Shown: in pieces, positions 20,901-33,636 of the stretch
Layout: the number at the start of each line of letters is the position of its first letter
Position numbering within the stretch: position 1 is the first letter of the stretch
Assembly: GCF_048593235.1 (NCBI RefSeq)
Contig: NC_133619.1
Location: forward strand, 1,006,454-1,070,453
Direction of reading: 5' to 3'
From: Sminthopsis crassicaudata
Taxonomy: Eukaryota
Length of the DNA: 64,000 nt
Notes under the pieces: model-generated
Database searches by the model: none
Told to the model about the DNA's origin: nothing
What the model saw: only the letters and a program-made list of their open reading frames with translations
Translations under genes and position numbers: made by a program

Positions 20901-23900
20901 TATTGGGCTTATATCCCAAAGAAATACTAAAGAAGGGAAAGGGGGGGCAGCCAGGTGGCGCAGTGGATAGAGCACCAGCCCTGAATTCAGGAGGACCCGA
21001 GTTCAAATCTGGTCTCAGACACTTAACACTTCCTAGCTGTGTGACCCTGGGCAAGTCACTTAACCCCAGCCTCAGAAAAAATAAAGAAAAAAAAAAAAAA
21101 AAGAAGGGAAAGGGACCTGTATGTGCCAAAATGTTTGTGGCAGCCCTCTTTGTAGTGGCTAGAAACTGGAAGTTGAATGGATGTCCATCAGTTGGAGAAT
21201 GGTTGGGTAAATTATGGCATATCAATGTTATGGAATATTATTGCTCTGTAAGAAATGACCAGCAGGATGAATTCAGAAAGGTTTAGAGAGACTGACATGA
21301 ACTGATGCTGAGTGAAATGAGCAGAACCAGAAGATCACTGTACACTTCAACAACAATGCTGTATGAGGATGGATTCTGATGGAAGTGGAGATCTTCAACA
21401 TAAAGAAGAGCCAACTCACTTCCAGTTGATCAATGATGGACAGAATCAGCTACACCCAAAGAAGGAACACTGGGAAGTGAATGTAAAATGTTTGCACTTT
21501 TGTCTTTCTACCCAGGTTACTTATACCTTTGGAATCCAATTCTTATCGTGCAACAAGAAATTTGGTTTAACACACATATATTGTATCTAGGATATACTGT
21601 AACATATTTAACATGTATGGGATTGCCTGTCATCTAGGGGAAGGAGTAGAGGAAGGGAGAGGAAAATTTGGAAAAGTGAATACAAGGGATAATGTTAAAA
21701 AAAATTACCCATGCATATGTATTGTCAAAAAAAATTATAATTATAAAATTAAACAAACAAACAAAAAAAAAGGATGGTAGGTGGACCCTCCCCCCATACA
21801 CAACTTTTATGTGTCAGGGAACTTTGGCTTATGTTTCTAGCAGCAGGGGGCGCTGTGTGCTTCCATCCTTCCATGCTCCTACAGAAGCCTCCTGGAGAAA
21901 GATTGCTCTGGACACAGTTGTGCGATTGGATCAGGAAGCCTGTGACTAGGGTTTGAGAGGATTGTTAAGGGCCAGGGGAAGGGGGAGGGATCAATGTATG
22001 GCCAGGAATAATGGGTTAGGGCTTGGTTAGAAAGGCTAACCCTAGGAATCAGTTTTGCTCTTTTTCCTTCCTTAGGGTTGGAAGACCTTTCTTTGTTAAA
22101 TCCCATGTTGTCCTGTTGCTCCTGCCTTGGGGGGGGGGGGGGGCGCAGAACGCCAGTCAAGATCCCTCCAGTGAGAATAGTGGGAGGGAGCTGGGATGGA
22201 AGCTTCCTGCAGAGGCCGGGATCCTCTGCCAAGCCTGGGATCAATGGTCTAATTGGTCTACCTTGGCCCCAGGTGACCACTGGGAGGCCTGGCCAGGCTG
22301 CGGCTGCTGCAAACCTCAAAGAAGACAATGTATCCAAGAGCTTGGGGAGGGGGGGGGGTCTCAGAGGAGACAGTTTCTCATTGTGGCTTTTGCTCCAATG
22401 TTAGTTATTGCTACAATGTTGCAACTATTGCTATAGTGTTTTAATTATTGCTACGGTGTTGCCAATGAGGCCAGGAAGTGTTCAGCCTTTCTCTGGGCCT
22501 GTTGCAGGTGGGTGTTCCTGGTGAAGAAAGGCTACCAGGCGGTGGACACGACCATCCAGAGCTCAGTGATCACCAAGGTCAAAGGCGTGGCCTTCACCAA
22601 CACGTCAGAGCTGAAGGAGCATCTCTGGGATGTGGCCGATTACGTCATCCCCTCCCAGGTCTCGGCCCATGGCCCCTCGCACCCAATTTTCCAGGACAGC
22701 AGTTGGTTTAAGAAACTGGGGAATGGAGTCAGAGGATCCCTTTGTGACCCTGGGCTCGATCTCACCCATCCTTTCCTAGATCCGGGACCCCAGGCTTCAG
22801 AGGGGACATGAGCACAGGGGTCCATTTAATGGAAGAATGACCAGCCTGTTGTGCTTGGCCCCAGAAGGCGGGGTAGCAGCATTTGGGGGTAGGGGGAGGA
22901 GGCTTTTGCCCCAGTGAGACATTTCCTAACATTTAGAGCTAGCCCTGGGCAGGAGGGGCTGTGGTTTCTCTCCAGTTTCAGGCAGGGCCTGGACTGTCCC
23001 CAATTAGGGCCATTTTCAAGTGGACTCATTCAGATCTGGGTTGATCTAGGTCCTCCTCCTCCGACCTCAGTCCTGCTGACCCTGAATCCAAGGGAAACAT
23101 CCTTTACCTGCTCTCCTGGACAGCCTCATTAAGCTCTCTGCTCCAATTGCTACCCCCTTGGTCTGTCTTAATAACAGCCTGGATTCTGAGGAATCCTGGG
23201 TCCTTAGCAAGTGCTAAGCTCCGGGCCGGGGAGGAGAGGCAGACAGAAGGGAGCCGGGGCCAAGCGGCTCCTCTCCCTTCTGTCTCCCCTCCCTCCTCTC
23301 TCCTTCCCTCTCTCCCCTTCCTCTCCCCCACCTCCTTCTCCCTCTCTCCCTCTCTCCTGCCTAGATTCAGGCAGTAGCAACTGTGCTGGGGGAGGCAGGG
23401 GGTGGGGGTGGGAACTAATATCAGCCCACAGATGTAGCGGCCGGGGGCTGCAGGCCAGGAACATGGAGAGAGAGACTGAGATGGACGACGTGGAGACTTT
23501 GGGCAGAAGAGGTCGTTTTTATGCTCCTTTGTCCATAGCCTTGGCACGTGGCCAGCCCCAGATTCAGACAGCCAGCAGAAAGGAAGGAAGCAGCCTCCGT
23601 GGGCTGTGAGATCTGGGGGGCCGGCCTGGGCCCACGGTGGATCACGCGGTCCTGTCCTTGGATTTTCAGGGAGAAAATGTTTTCTTCGTTGTCACCCACA
23701 TGATCGTGACTCCACATCAGCGGCAAACCACCTGTGCCGAGGTAAGGGGCCATGGGACACAGGAGGGACTGATTGGGAGCTGGAGGAGGAAGGGGCATGC
23801 ACTAAAAAATAATGTCCCACTCCTCCTGGGGCCCTTCTCAGCTGCCAGCAGCTTCCCTTCCCACCACCTTCCTATTATCCCTCCCCTCCCATCACCCCCT

Positions 23901-26900
23901 CGCACCATCCCGTCATCATCCCTTTCCAACATCCCTCCCATCACCCCCATCTGGCCCCAGAGCTTCTGCAAGCACGAGCCAGGCCCAGGCTCCTTCCTCA
24001 TGCCCATGTGCCGTGTCCAGGGTCCCTTTTGTAGGGTTAGGGCACCCATGGAGAGGAGGGGGGGAAGGGGCAGGATTAGGAATCGGGCTGTGGCCAGGGA
24101 GAACTTTTCTTTGTACCTCGGTCCATATTCTAGTCAGTGCGGTCAGCTGATTAAAGATCTCTGAGCTCCCAACTCTAGGTGTCGGGGAGAGGAATCCAGA
24201 GAAATGGGATTCTTCCAGTCTCTGCCCACCCCTCCCTCCTGCCCCGAGGGGTTTTCTTTCCCCCTTGCTCTGACTGTACCACTGTGAGGGGAGTCCCAGG
24301 CAGGACAAAAGCCGGCCCACCTGGTGGTCTCCACTCTGCCCAGCCTCGCCTCTGCTCTCCCTAGGCGGGCTGAGATGAGGCTTGAGGCTCCGAGAGAGCG
24401 GGGGCCATCCAGGCAGGCCGACTTCTCAGAGGCTTTTGCAGCGAATGACGGGGGAGGAGGGAGAGATCCAAGCTTCCCCAGGATGGCATGGGACCTGGCG
24501 AGAGCTCTTGGCAAGTGGGGGTGGGGATAACCCCCCCAGGGCCTAAGGGGCATGCTCAGAAAAGGAGGGAACAGACAGGTCCGTGCCCAAGGCCCGGGCC
24601 CAGATGCCAGCAGAGGCTAGACAGAAAAGAGGAGGAGAGAGGGGCTCTTTGGAACCGGGGCCCAGGCTCTGGACCCTGTCTGCGTGGAGCCCATGGGAAG
24701 GACGGAGCGTCCTGGAGGAAGGGGCATCTGGGAGAATCGGGCAGGTGACTGAGTGGCAGGAAAGCGTGGCCTGTGACTGAGGAATAGCTGCTGGGCCGGA
24801 GAAGCCGGGGCCCGGGGGCACAGACAACATCGGGCACGCGCATCGGCACCCTTCGGGAAGGGCCGTAAGGGTCACTTTGGAGTTTGTGGGCAGCGAGGAG
24901 CCCATTCTGGGCTGGATGGGCAGCCCGAGCCACATGGTAAGAAGCGGAATCCGCTGCTGGGGGGGCCGGGAGGCGAGGGCACTGCTGCCGGGGCTTTCCT
25001 TGGGCGAGCAAGAAGGGGGCAAGGATGCCTCCAACGCCCATGGAGGCACCCAGCAGGCACTGCTGGTTAGGGAGCAGTCACGCCAGACTCTTCCCAACCC
25101 CATTTGGGGTGGTCTTGGCAGAGAAACTGAAGGGCTTCGCCATGTCCTCCTGCTCATTTTACATATGAGGAAACTGAGGTAAACAGGATGAAGTGCCTTG
25201 TCCAGAGTCACATAGCCAGGGCCAGATCTGAACCCAGGTCTTCCTGATGCCAGGCCGGGCGCGCTCTGCATTAGGTGCCAGCCAGCGACCCTGGCACTGG
25301 ACTAGGCCCTTGATGATGATCCTCCCTTTGTCTCCCCCCACCACCTGGGAAGGAGGGTTCAGTGCCGGAAGCACTTGAAGCCGAGGCTGGGGGCTTCCTG
25401 ACTCCGGGACTGACGGGGGTCCCGTGGATGGTTTCTGGACTGAGGCATCCGCAGGAAGTCCCGGGGAGCACGGCTCTTGGGGCTCAGCCACAGCTGCCCT
25501 AAGGCCGGGGCCAAGGGGAGGGGGGAGTCTGCCCAGCGCCTCCCCCGGGGTCTGGGCCCGGCCGGCTGCTCACTGCCACTCTGGAAGGGAGGCGCTGCCC
25601 CTACCCCATTTCACAGTTGAGAAAACTGAGGCGGACAGAGATCGGCTGACTTGGCCAGGGTCTTCCTGAGCTGGAGCCTGCCATTCTAGGGGCTGTGCCA
25701 TCCCCAGTCATCTCTGTTCGGCAGAGCCCCCACATCCCTGGTGCCGGATGCTCCCAGGACGGCGACTGCCGCAAAGGAGAAGCTGCCGATACTGGAAACG
25801 GTGAGCCACAAAGAGGGACCATGGCGGGATGACGGGGGGCAGCTCCCGGACTGGGCTGGGGTGCCCTCCCCTCCCCCACAGCACCCATCTTCCCCCCTCC
25901 CCTCCTTGTCTAGGTGTGATGACTGGCAAGTGTCTGCTGGGGAGCGGCAATGGCAGTGGCACCTGTGAGATTTTTGCCTGGTGCCCCGTGGAGAAGCCAA
26001 CCAAGCCCACGTAAGTACGTGTATCTGGCTGGGGGGGGGGGGTCACAGAGCCCTGCCCAGCACCCTCAGGGGCCCCCCATGGGGAGAGATGCTAGAGTGA
26101 GCTTTTTGCCTGTAATCCCAGCCAACTCCGCCCCTCCAGCCCACAGCCCAGGAGCTGCTCCAGGCAGGCCCCCCTTGGTCTGGGGGCAGGGGGCCGGCAG
26201 CCGGCCTAAGCTTGACGCGAGGCTGGGAGGACAGGAAGAGGACCCCCGAAGCCACCCGGCCATGCAGGCTGTGGAGCCTCCTCCCCCTGCCAGCCCAGAG
26301 CGGCCCCAGCAAGCCCCAGGAGCTTGGCCCAGGGCCAGGATTCCGGAGGGGGCCTGGGGGGCCGCCCGGCGCTGACCCACCTGCTGGACCTGCAGGAAGC
26401 CCCTTCTGGGAAAGGCTGAAGACTTTACCGTCTACATAAAGAACAGCATCTGCTTCCCCAAGTTCAACTTCTCCAAGTAAGTGGGGGCTGGCTGCCCCGG
26501 CCCTGCTCGCTACTTCAGGAAAGAAGGGGGTGTCTGGGGGGGAGGCTCTGCCCTCCTGCTAGGGAGGGGCTGCGAAAGGCCTCTCCGAGCGGTGAGTGCC
26601 GTGGGGGAGCATCAGGGAGCGAGCCGGGGCCGCCATCAGTCCTGGCTCTTTGTGGGCCGTGACTGAGCCCGTGCCGCGTCCCGGCTGCCACCTTGGAGAC
26701 ATCACCGAGGTCACAGGCCGGGGGACGGTCCAGTTCCTTCACTTGCCAGATGGGGAGACTGAGGCTTCCCCAGGGCTGGGCTTGGGAAAGGGAGGGGGCG
26801 CCATTGGGGTAGGGAAGGTCTGCTGTGTCCGCAGGTTCCCCTGCGCTGTCCCCCTGGGGGCAGACCCTCCTCTCCTCACCTCCAGCCTGGCCCACTGCAG

Positions 26901-29236
26901 CAGCTGCTGGGGGAGGGGAGTGTCTGCCTCACGCTCACCCCAGTCCCCCCTCGGTGACCGTGGGGGACCTCGGGTGGCTCGTTCCCGTGCCCTGGCCCGG
27001 GTGGAGATGGCGGGCTGCTCTCCCTAGTTCTGGACCCTTCTTCTCTAAGGAAACTTAGGCTTGCGCAACCATCCATTTCCTGCCAGCCCCTCCCTTGTGC
27101 CAGGCGCTGTGCCAAGTGCTGAAGGCCCAAAAGAGCCAAGCCAGTCCCTGCCCTCAGGGAGCTCACAATGCGATGGGAGAGACCAACGGGGCCCAGCGCA
27201 GGATAACGGGGACCGGGACTAGATTCGGAAGGCTTTCTGTAGCAGGGAGAGTCTGGGGGGGGGGCTCCAAACTAGAGAGCAGGGGGAATGACCCGAGGGA
27301 ATGCCAGGGGCAGACACAGAGGGTCTCGGTAGAGGCCGGGCTCACTGCAGCAGCAGAGCACGCTTGTGTCCTGGGACCCCTGGCTCCTCCTCCCCCCAGC
27401 ATGGCTGGTCTCCCCCTTCCCTCCTGATCTCCCTACCACTCAGGCACCTGACCCCGGGGGTCTGGGATTTCCGGAGCCGCCGGCCATGGCGGGTATCACT
27501 AGCCAGCCCCCTGCTCCGTGCCGCCCGCAGACCCGACCGAGGCGCGCTCGGCCGAGCTAGCCAGGGGTAAGCGAACCGGCAGGCCTGCCGGGAACCCGGC
27601 GACCTTCTCCCCACAGGACCAACGTGTTGCACACCGAAAACCCGAACTTCCTCAAGTTCTGCCGCTTTGGTTCCAAGACACCTTACTGCCCAGTCTTCCG
27701 GCTGGGCACGATAGTCAGCTACACTGGCAATGACTTCCAGAAAATGGCCATGGAGGTAACAAGTGGCCGGGCCTTCCTCCAGCACCAGGGGCTCTGGCTC
27801 TGGGTCACCTGCACCCCTGGGAGCTGGGGCTGCGGGAGGGGGAGCTCCGGGGGGCGGGGAAGTCTCTGGGCCCAGGGCAGCCTTATCCCGGCCTACTTGT
27901 AGGAGACACCTGGCTGTACCGCACTGGGCCACACGTGCCCACCCGGCTGCTGCACACTTACATACACACACTCTCACACTCACATACACTCACTCACTCA
28001 CAGATGCACATCATGGACCCCATGCCTCTCTGCCCCTTGTTCTACCCGCCTACGCAGCTGAGCCTTGTCCAGCTGGCCACATGTTCCTCTGGGTCACACA
28101 TCTGTAACTATCTGGTAGCCGGGGGGCCGGGCAGTGCAGGGATGGCACATCAGTCTCCTCCCACCACCCCCGCGCCCACGACTTCTGCCTGTGTCTCTCA
28201 ATCTCTCAAGGGCGGGGTGATAGGGATCGAGATCGAGTGGAACTGCGACCTGGACCAGGCTCCCTCAGCCTGCAGACCCCATTACTCCTTCCGGCGGCTG
28301 GACAAGTTCACAGAGCCGTCTGCCACTGCGGGCTACAATTTCAGGTAAATGGGACTGCTTGGGGGGGGGGCAGGGCTCGGATGCCCTCTCTTGGTTAGAG
28401 GAAGGGCGTGTGCCAGGCAACCCCGGCACCCCCAGGGCACAGAAGCCCTCTTGTGGGGGCCCTGCAGCGGCGCCAGAAACCTGATCCTGGGGGGGGGGGG
28501 GGGGACAGAACCAGCGATTCCTCCCTTGCTCCCTGCTTTGTGGGACGGGGACTGGCAGCAGCACCTCCTCTTGTGGCAGATTCGCCAGGTACTACCACGA
28601 CGTCAACGGGGTGGAATTCCGCACGCTGATGAAGGTCTACGGGATTCGCTTTGATGTGCTGGTGAGCGGCAAGGTGTGTGGGAGCCGGGCCCCGATGGGG
28701 AAGGAAGAGGGGCCCAGCCGGGCCCCCCACTCCTCTGGACTCTCTCTTCCAGGCCGGGAAGTTCAACATCATCCCCCTGTTGGTCAACGTGGGCACGGCC
28801 TTGGCCCTCATGGGAGCAGTGAGTGGTCGGCCTGGGGAGGGGGCCGCTCGGAGGCTGGGGTGGGAGGCAGAGGGCAGAGCCAGGGAGGCTCCCCTTGCTG
28901 ACACCACTGTTTTTAGGGGGCTTTCTTCTGTGACTTTGTGCTCCTCTACTTGATCAAAAAAAGCCACTTCTACCGAGATAAAAAATACGAACAAATAAGG
29001 TGAGCTGCTGCTCTGCATTCAGTGCCAAGCCAGAGGCCAGAGGGAGGAGGCTCCCTGGGACCCGTTTGGGGAGGTGACTGTTCTGGGGCCCCTTGGTGAC
29101 AGCCCCTCTCCCTCTGCCCCATTTTCCCCACAGGATGAGCTCACAAAAGTTCCTGTCCAGGCACCTGGTAAATGGGGAGCAGGACTCGGGCCAAGCAGAT
29201 GGACAGGGGCCATTAGGGCCAGCGACTCATTCCTGA
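17838..29236 (+). CDS. P2RX5: P2X purinoceptor 5. Exons 17838-17966 (disrupted), 22508-22658, 23670-23741, 25725-25800, 25914-26010, 26396-26476, 27617-27755, 28211-28344, 28580-28673, 28753-28818, 28917-28999, 29134-29236
   Basis: Exons 2-12 are phase-continuous with canonical splice sites. They encode [83 protein letters not shown] and FFCDFVLLY. Exon 1 carries FDYKTE and [10 protein letters not shown] in different frames. The repaired product would be ~407 aa. Confidence 0.93.
19290..19560. repeat. Polypurine (GA-rich) low-complexity tract
   Basis: Almost pure G/A on + in P2RX5 intron 1. Confidence 0.9.
20572..21769 (+). mobile_element. 5'-truncated L1 with poly-A tail and 15-bp target-site duplication
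   Basis: ORF2 C-terminal remnant ([18 protein letters not shown]), 3'UTR and A-rich tail. Flanks AAGGATAGTAGGTGG (20557-20571) and AAGGATGGTAGGTGG (21770-21784). Confidence 0.92.
20944..21099 (+). mobile_element. SINE nested in the L1, with exact 15-bp TSD
   Basis: AAAGAAGGGAAAGGG at 20929-20943 and 21100-21114. tRNA-derived head and A tail. Confidence 0.92.
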
Positions 29237-30068
29237 GAGTGACCTGAGCAGCAGCCCTGCCACAGAGGAGCATGGGAAATTGGCTCTCATCCAGAGCTGG
29301 CCGGCTTTGACCAGTACAGGGCGCTCTGTGGGGTCTGCTGCCGCCAAATCTCGTTCTTGCTCTACAGAACCCCCTGGGGAGGCCGTTCCGGCTTTCTGTG
29401 AGCCCCTGGGCAGCTTGCTCCCCGTGCTCCTCCCCAGGGTCAGCCGCTCCACAAGCTCACCATGCTGTCAGACTGGTTGGTGCTGCGCCACCTTCCTTCG
29501 CCCGTTTTCAAGCCGGGCTGAGGGAGCCCAATGGCACGCTGGGAAGCAGGGACCCGGGGTGGGAGAAGCCGTGCACATAAGCTCTGCAGGTCAGAACCAG
29601 GGCCCCAGTCTTGCCTGGCTGGCTCTTGGGTATCTGGCAGTCAACCAAGTCTCTGGGGGTGCTCTAGGTAAAGTCTGCTGGAGAGGGGATTTGGGGAAGT
29701 TAGAAGCTTCTCTCTGCTCACCCCTAGACAATTCAGTTCAGCTGTGCCCTCGCTACCTGGGCTTCTGGGCCAGCATGCCGAAACTCCCACGCTCCCATGG
29801 GGCCTGGAAGCCAGGCTGGGCAGGCAGGGGTCCCACTCATCTGTGAGCAAGGTCTCTGATGACAGGCAGCCCTTGTGTCAAGGAAGAGCTGAGGGACCCT
29901 CCTACACCGAGAGGTGGGAAGGGAGAGATGGTGCGCTGGAAGGCATCTTGGAGGAGCACCTCTGAGCTCTGGGAGCACATGCACACACGCAGCCACGCCC
30001 CCCTTCTGCCCTCTGGGGACTCCACGCCACTTTTCTCAGCATCACGAACTTTTGTACTATTGCTGCTT

Positions 30069-30074
30069 AATAAA
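30069..30074 (+). terminator. Candidate P2RX5 polyadenylation signal AATAAA
   Basis: First AATAAA after the P2RX5 stop, about 830 nt downstream. Confidence 0.6.
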
Positions 30075-30895
30075 ACGCCTTGTAACCCACAAGAAACTGG
30101 GTTTGACCCCACTAGGACTCAGCCATCTCCCTTCCAAAGTCAGACCCTCGCAGCTCCCAGGCCCAAGGAGCTGACCTTTCTCACCCCTTCTCCAAGATCC
30201 TGGATGGCCTCTCACCTCCCCCCCCACAGCTTGCTGCCCCCCTCCACTCTGTCACTGAACGGGGCTAAGAATCGGGAAGGTCCCTCTTCCCTCCAACTGT
30301 GAGGTCGAGCTTCAGAGGGCTCAAGCCCCCTCGTTTTCAGGGCCCTTCCCGGGATGCGGGCCATGCCCAGGTCAGCAGAGGTTGGGCTTGGGTGCGGCCT
30401 TCTTCAGAAGGCGTCTGGGCTGCCCCTGAGGAGTCCGTTTCCACCCCCCCCTCCTGAGGTAGCCCCAGCTTTCATCACAGGGTGGGATGCGAGAGCTGGC
30501 GGGGCCCTAAGACCACTTTTCCTTCCGGCACAGCCCCTGGCTCAGTGATTGGGCAGATTCCTCAGCTCCCCCCAGGGGAAAGTACCACCAGAGACAGAGT
30601 CTGGGGCGGGGAGGGGTCACCAGACAGATGCTGGAAGTGGAGGATGGCGGGATGGCAAATGCTCAAGGCCCCCCCAGCCAGGGCGAGCACAGGCAGAGAA
30701 GCGTGATGGGGGAGGGAGGAACCAGCAGCCACACTCCTCTGTGGGAGGGAACCTCTGGTGGAGGAGAGGTTGGGGCCTGCTCCAAACTTCTACACCGAGA
30801 TGCTCAGAAGCTGGGGGCCCCGCTCCTCGCCTCCGGGGGAGCCCACCGCGGTTCGCGCTCGGCAGGACACGCCACACCCCACATTTCACATGTGA

Positions 30896-30901
30896 TTTAA
30901 T
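30896..30901 (-). terminator. Candidate EMC6 polyadenylation signal ATTAAA
   Basis: TTTAAT on + about 125 nt past the EMC6 stop, with a U-rich element upstream on the minus strand. Confidence 0.6.
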
Positions 30902-31026
30902 CTGCGCACTACCAGCAGAGATCTCTCTCCTGACATAAGTTACTAATAAAATTAACAGCACAAGCCGCCGACTCCACGGGAAAGCGAGGACTCCCCGCGG
31001 CCGCGAGTCCGTCCCCTCCCTTCCCC

Positions 31027-32991
<1,965 letters not shown>

Positions 32992-33296
32992 TCAGGGAGA
33001 GAGAACTTAGGGGGAAGGCTCCACGCGGCCCTTCTCCTCCTTCCAAGCACGGACCCCTCCCCCAGGACTCGCCGTTTTCGGAGGGAGAGCAGACGCTCGC
33101 GGCCCGCCCCACGTGTCAGGCCGGGGGCGGCGCAGCTCGGAGCCCCTGCCCGGAGAGGAGGCCCAGCGCGGGGGAAGGTGACCGAGCGCTCCGCAGCCTC
33201 ATCGGCTCCCGGAGAAAGAGGGAGGCCAGACTCCTGACCTCTAACCCCCCATGACCCTGGGGGGGAGGGAAGACTCCCGGGTCCCGCGGGTGTTAC

Positions 33297-33420
33297 CTGG
33301 TCCGGGAGGCGGCGGCGGCGGTGACAGCGACTGCGTCTTTTCCTCAGGCGGCCGAGGGGGACAGTGATCCCAGGGGCGCCATCTTGGCTTGAGGCTGCCG
33401 GGAAGAGAGAAGCGGGCGCA
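33297..33420 (-). other. EMC6: EMC6 non-coding exon 1 (5' end approximate)
   Basis: Donor CAG|GTAACA at 33297 on minus. YY1-type CAAGATGGCG 33377-33386. Inside a CpG island. Confidence 0.65.
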
Positions 33421-33636
33421 TGCGCAGGCTGGGACGCACCCTCCGCAGGAGACGCCTCCCATCCCGCCCGGCGTGCTGCGCGTGCTCCACGACGGGTCGC
33501 CGGGGGGCGGAGCCCGGGAGGGGCGGTGCCTTCGCTGACTGGCCGCCACAGTTATGCATGATTCATGAGGGGCGGGACCTCCCCAGCCCTTTTGTTCTAA
33601 GGGTGGGGGCCGGGTGGGGCCGGAGCTGCAGCCAAG
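33370..33636. promoter_or_regulatory. Bidirectional CpG-island promoter EMC6/TAX1BP3
   Basis: Head-to-head genes. NRF1 GCGCATGCGC 33416-33425, YY1 motif, GC boxes. Confidence 0.8.
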
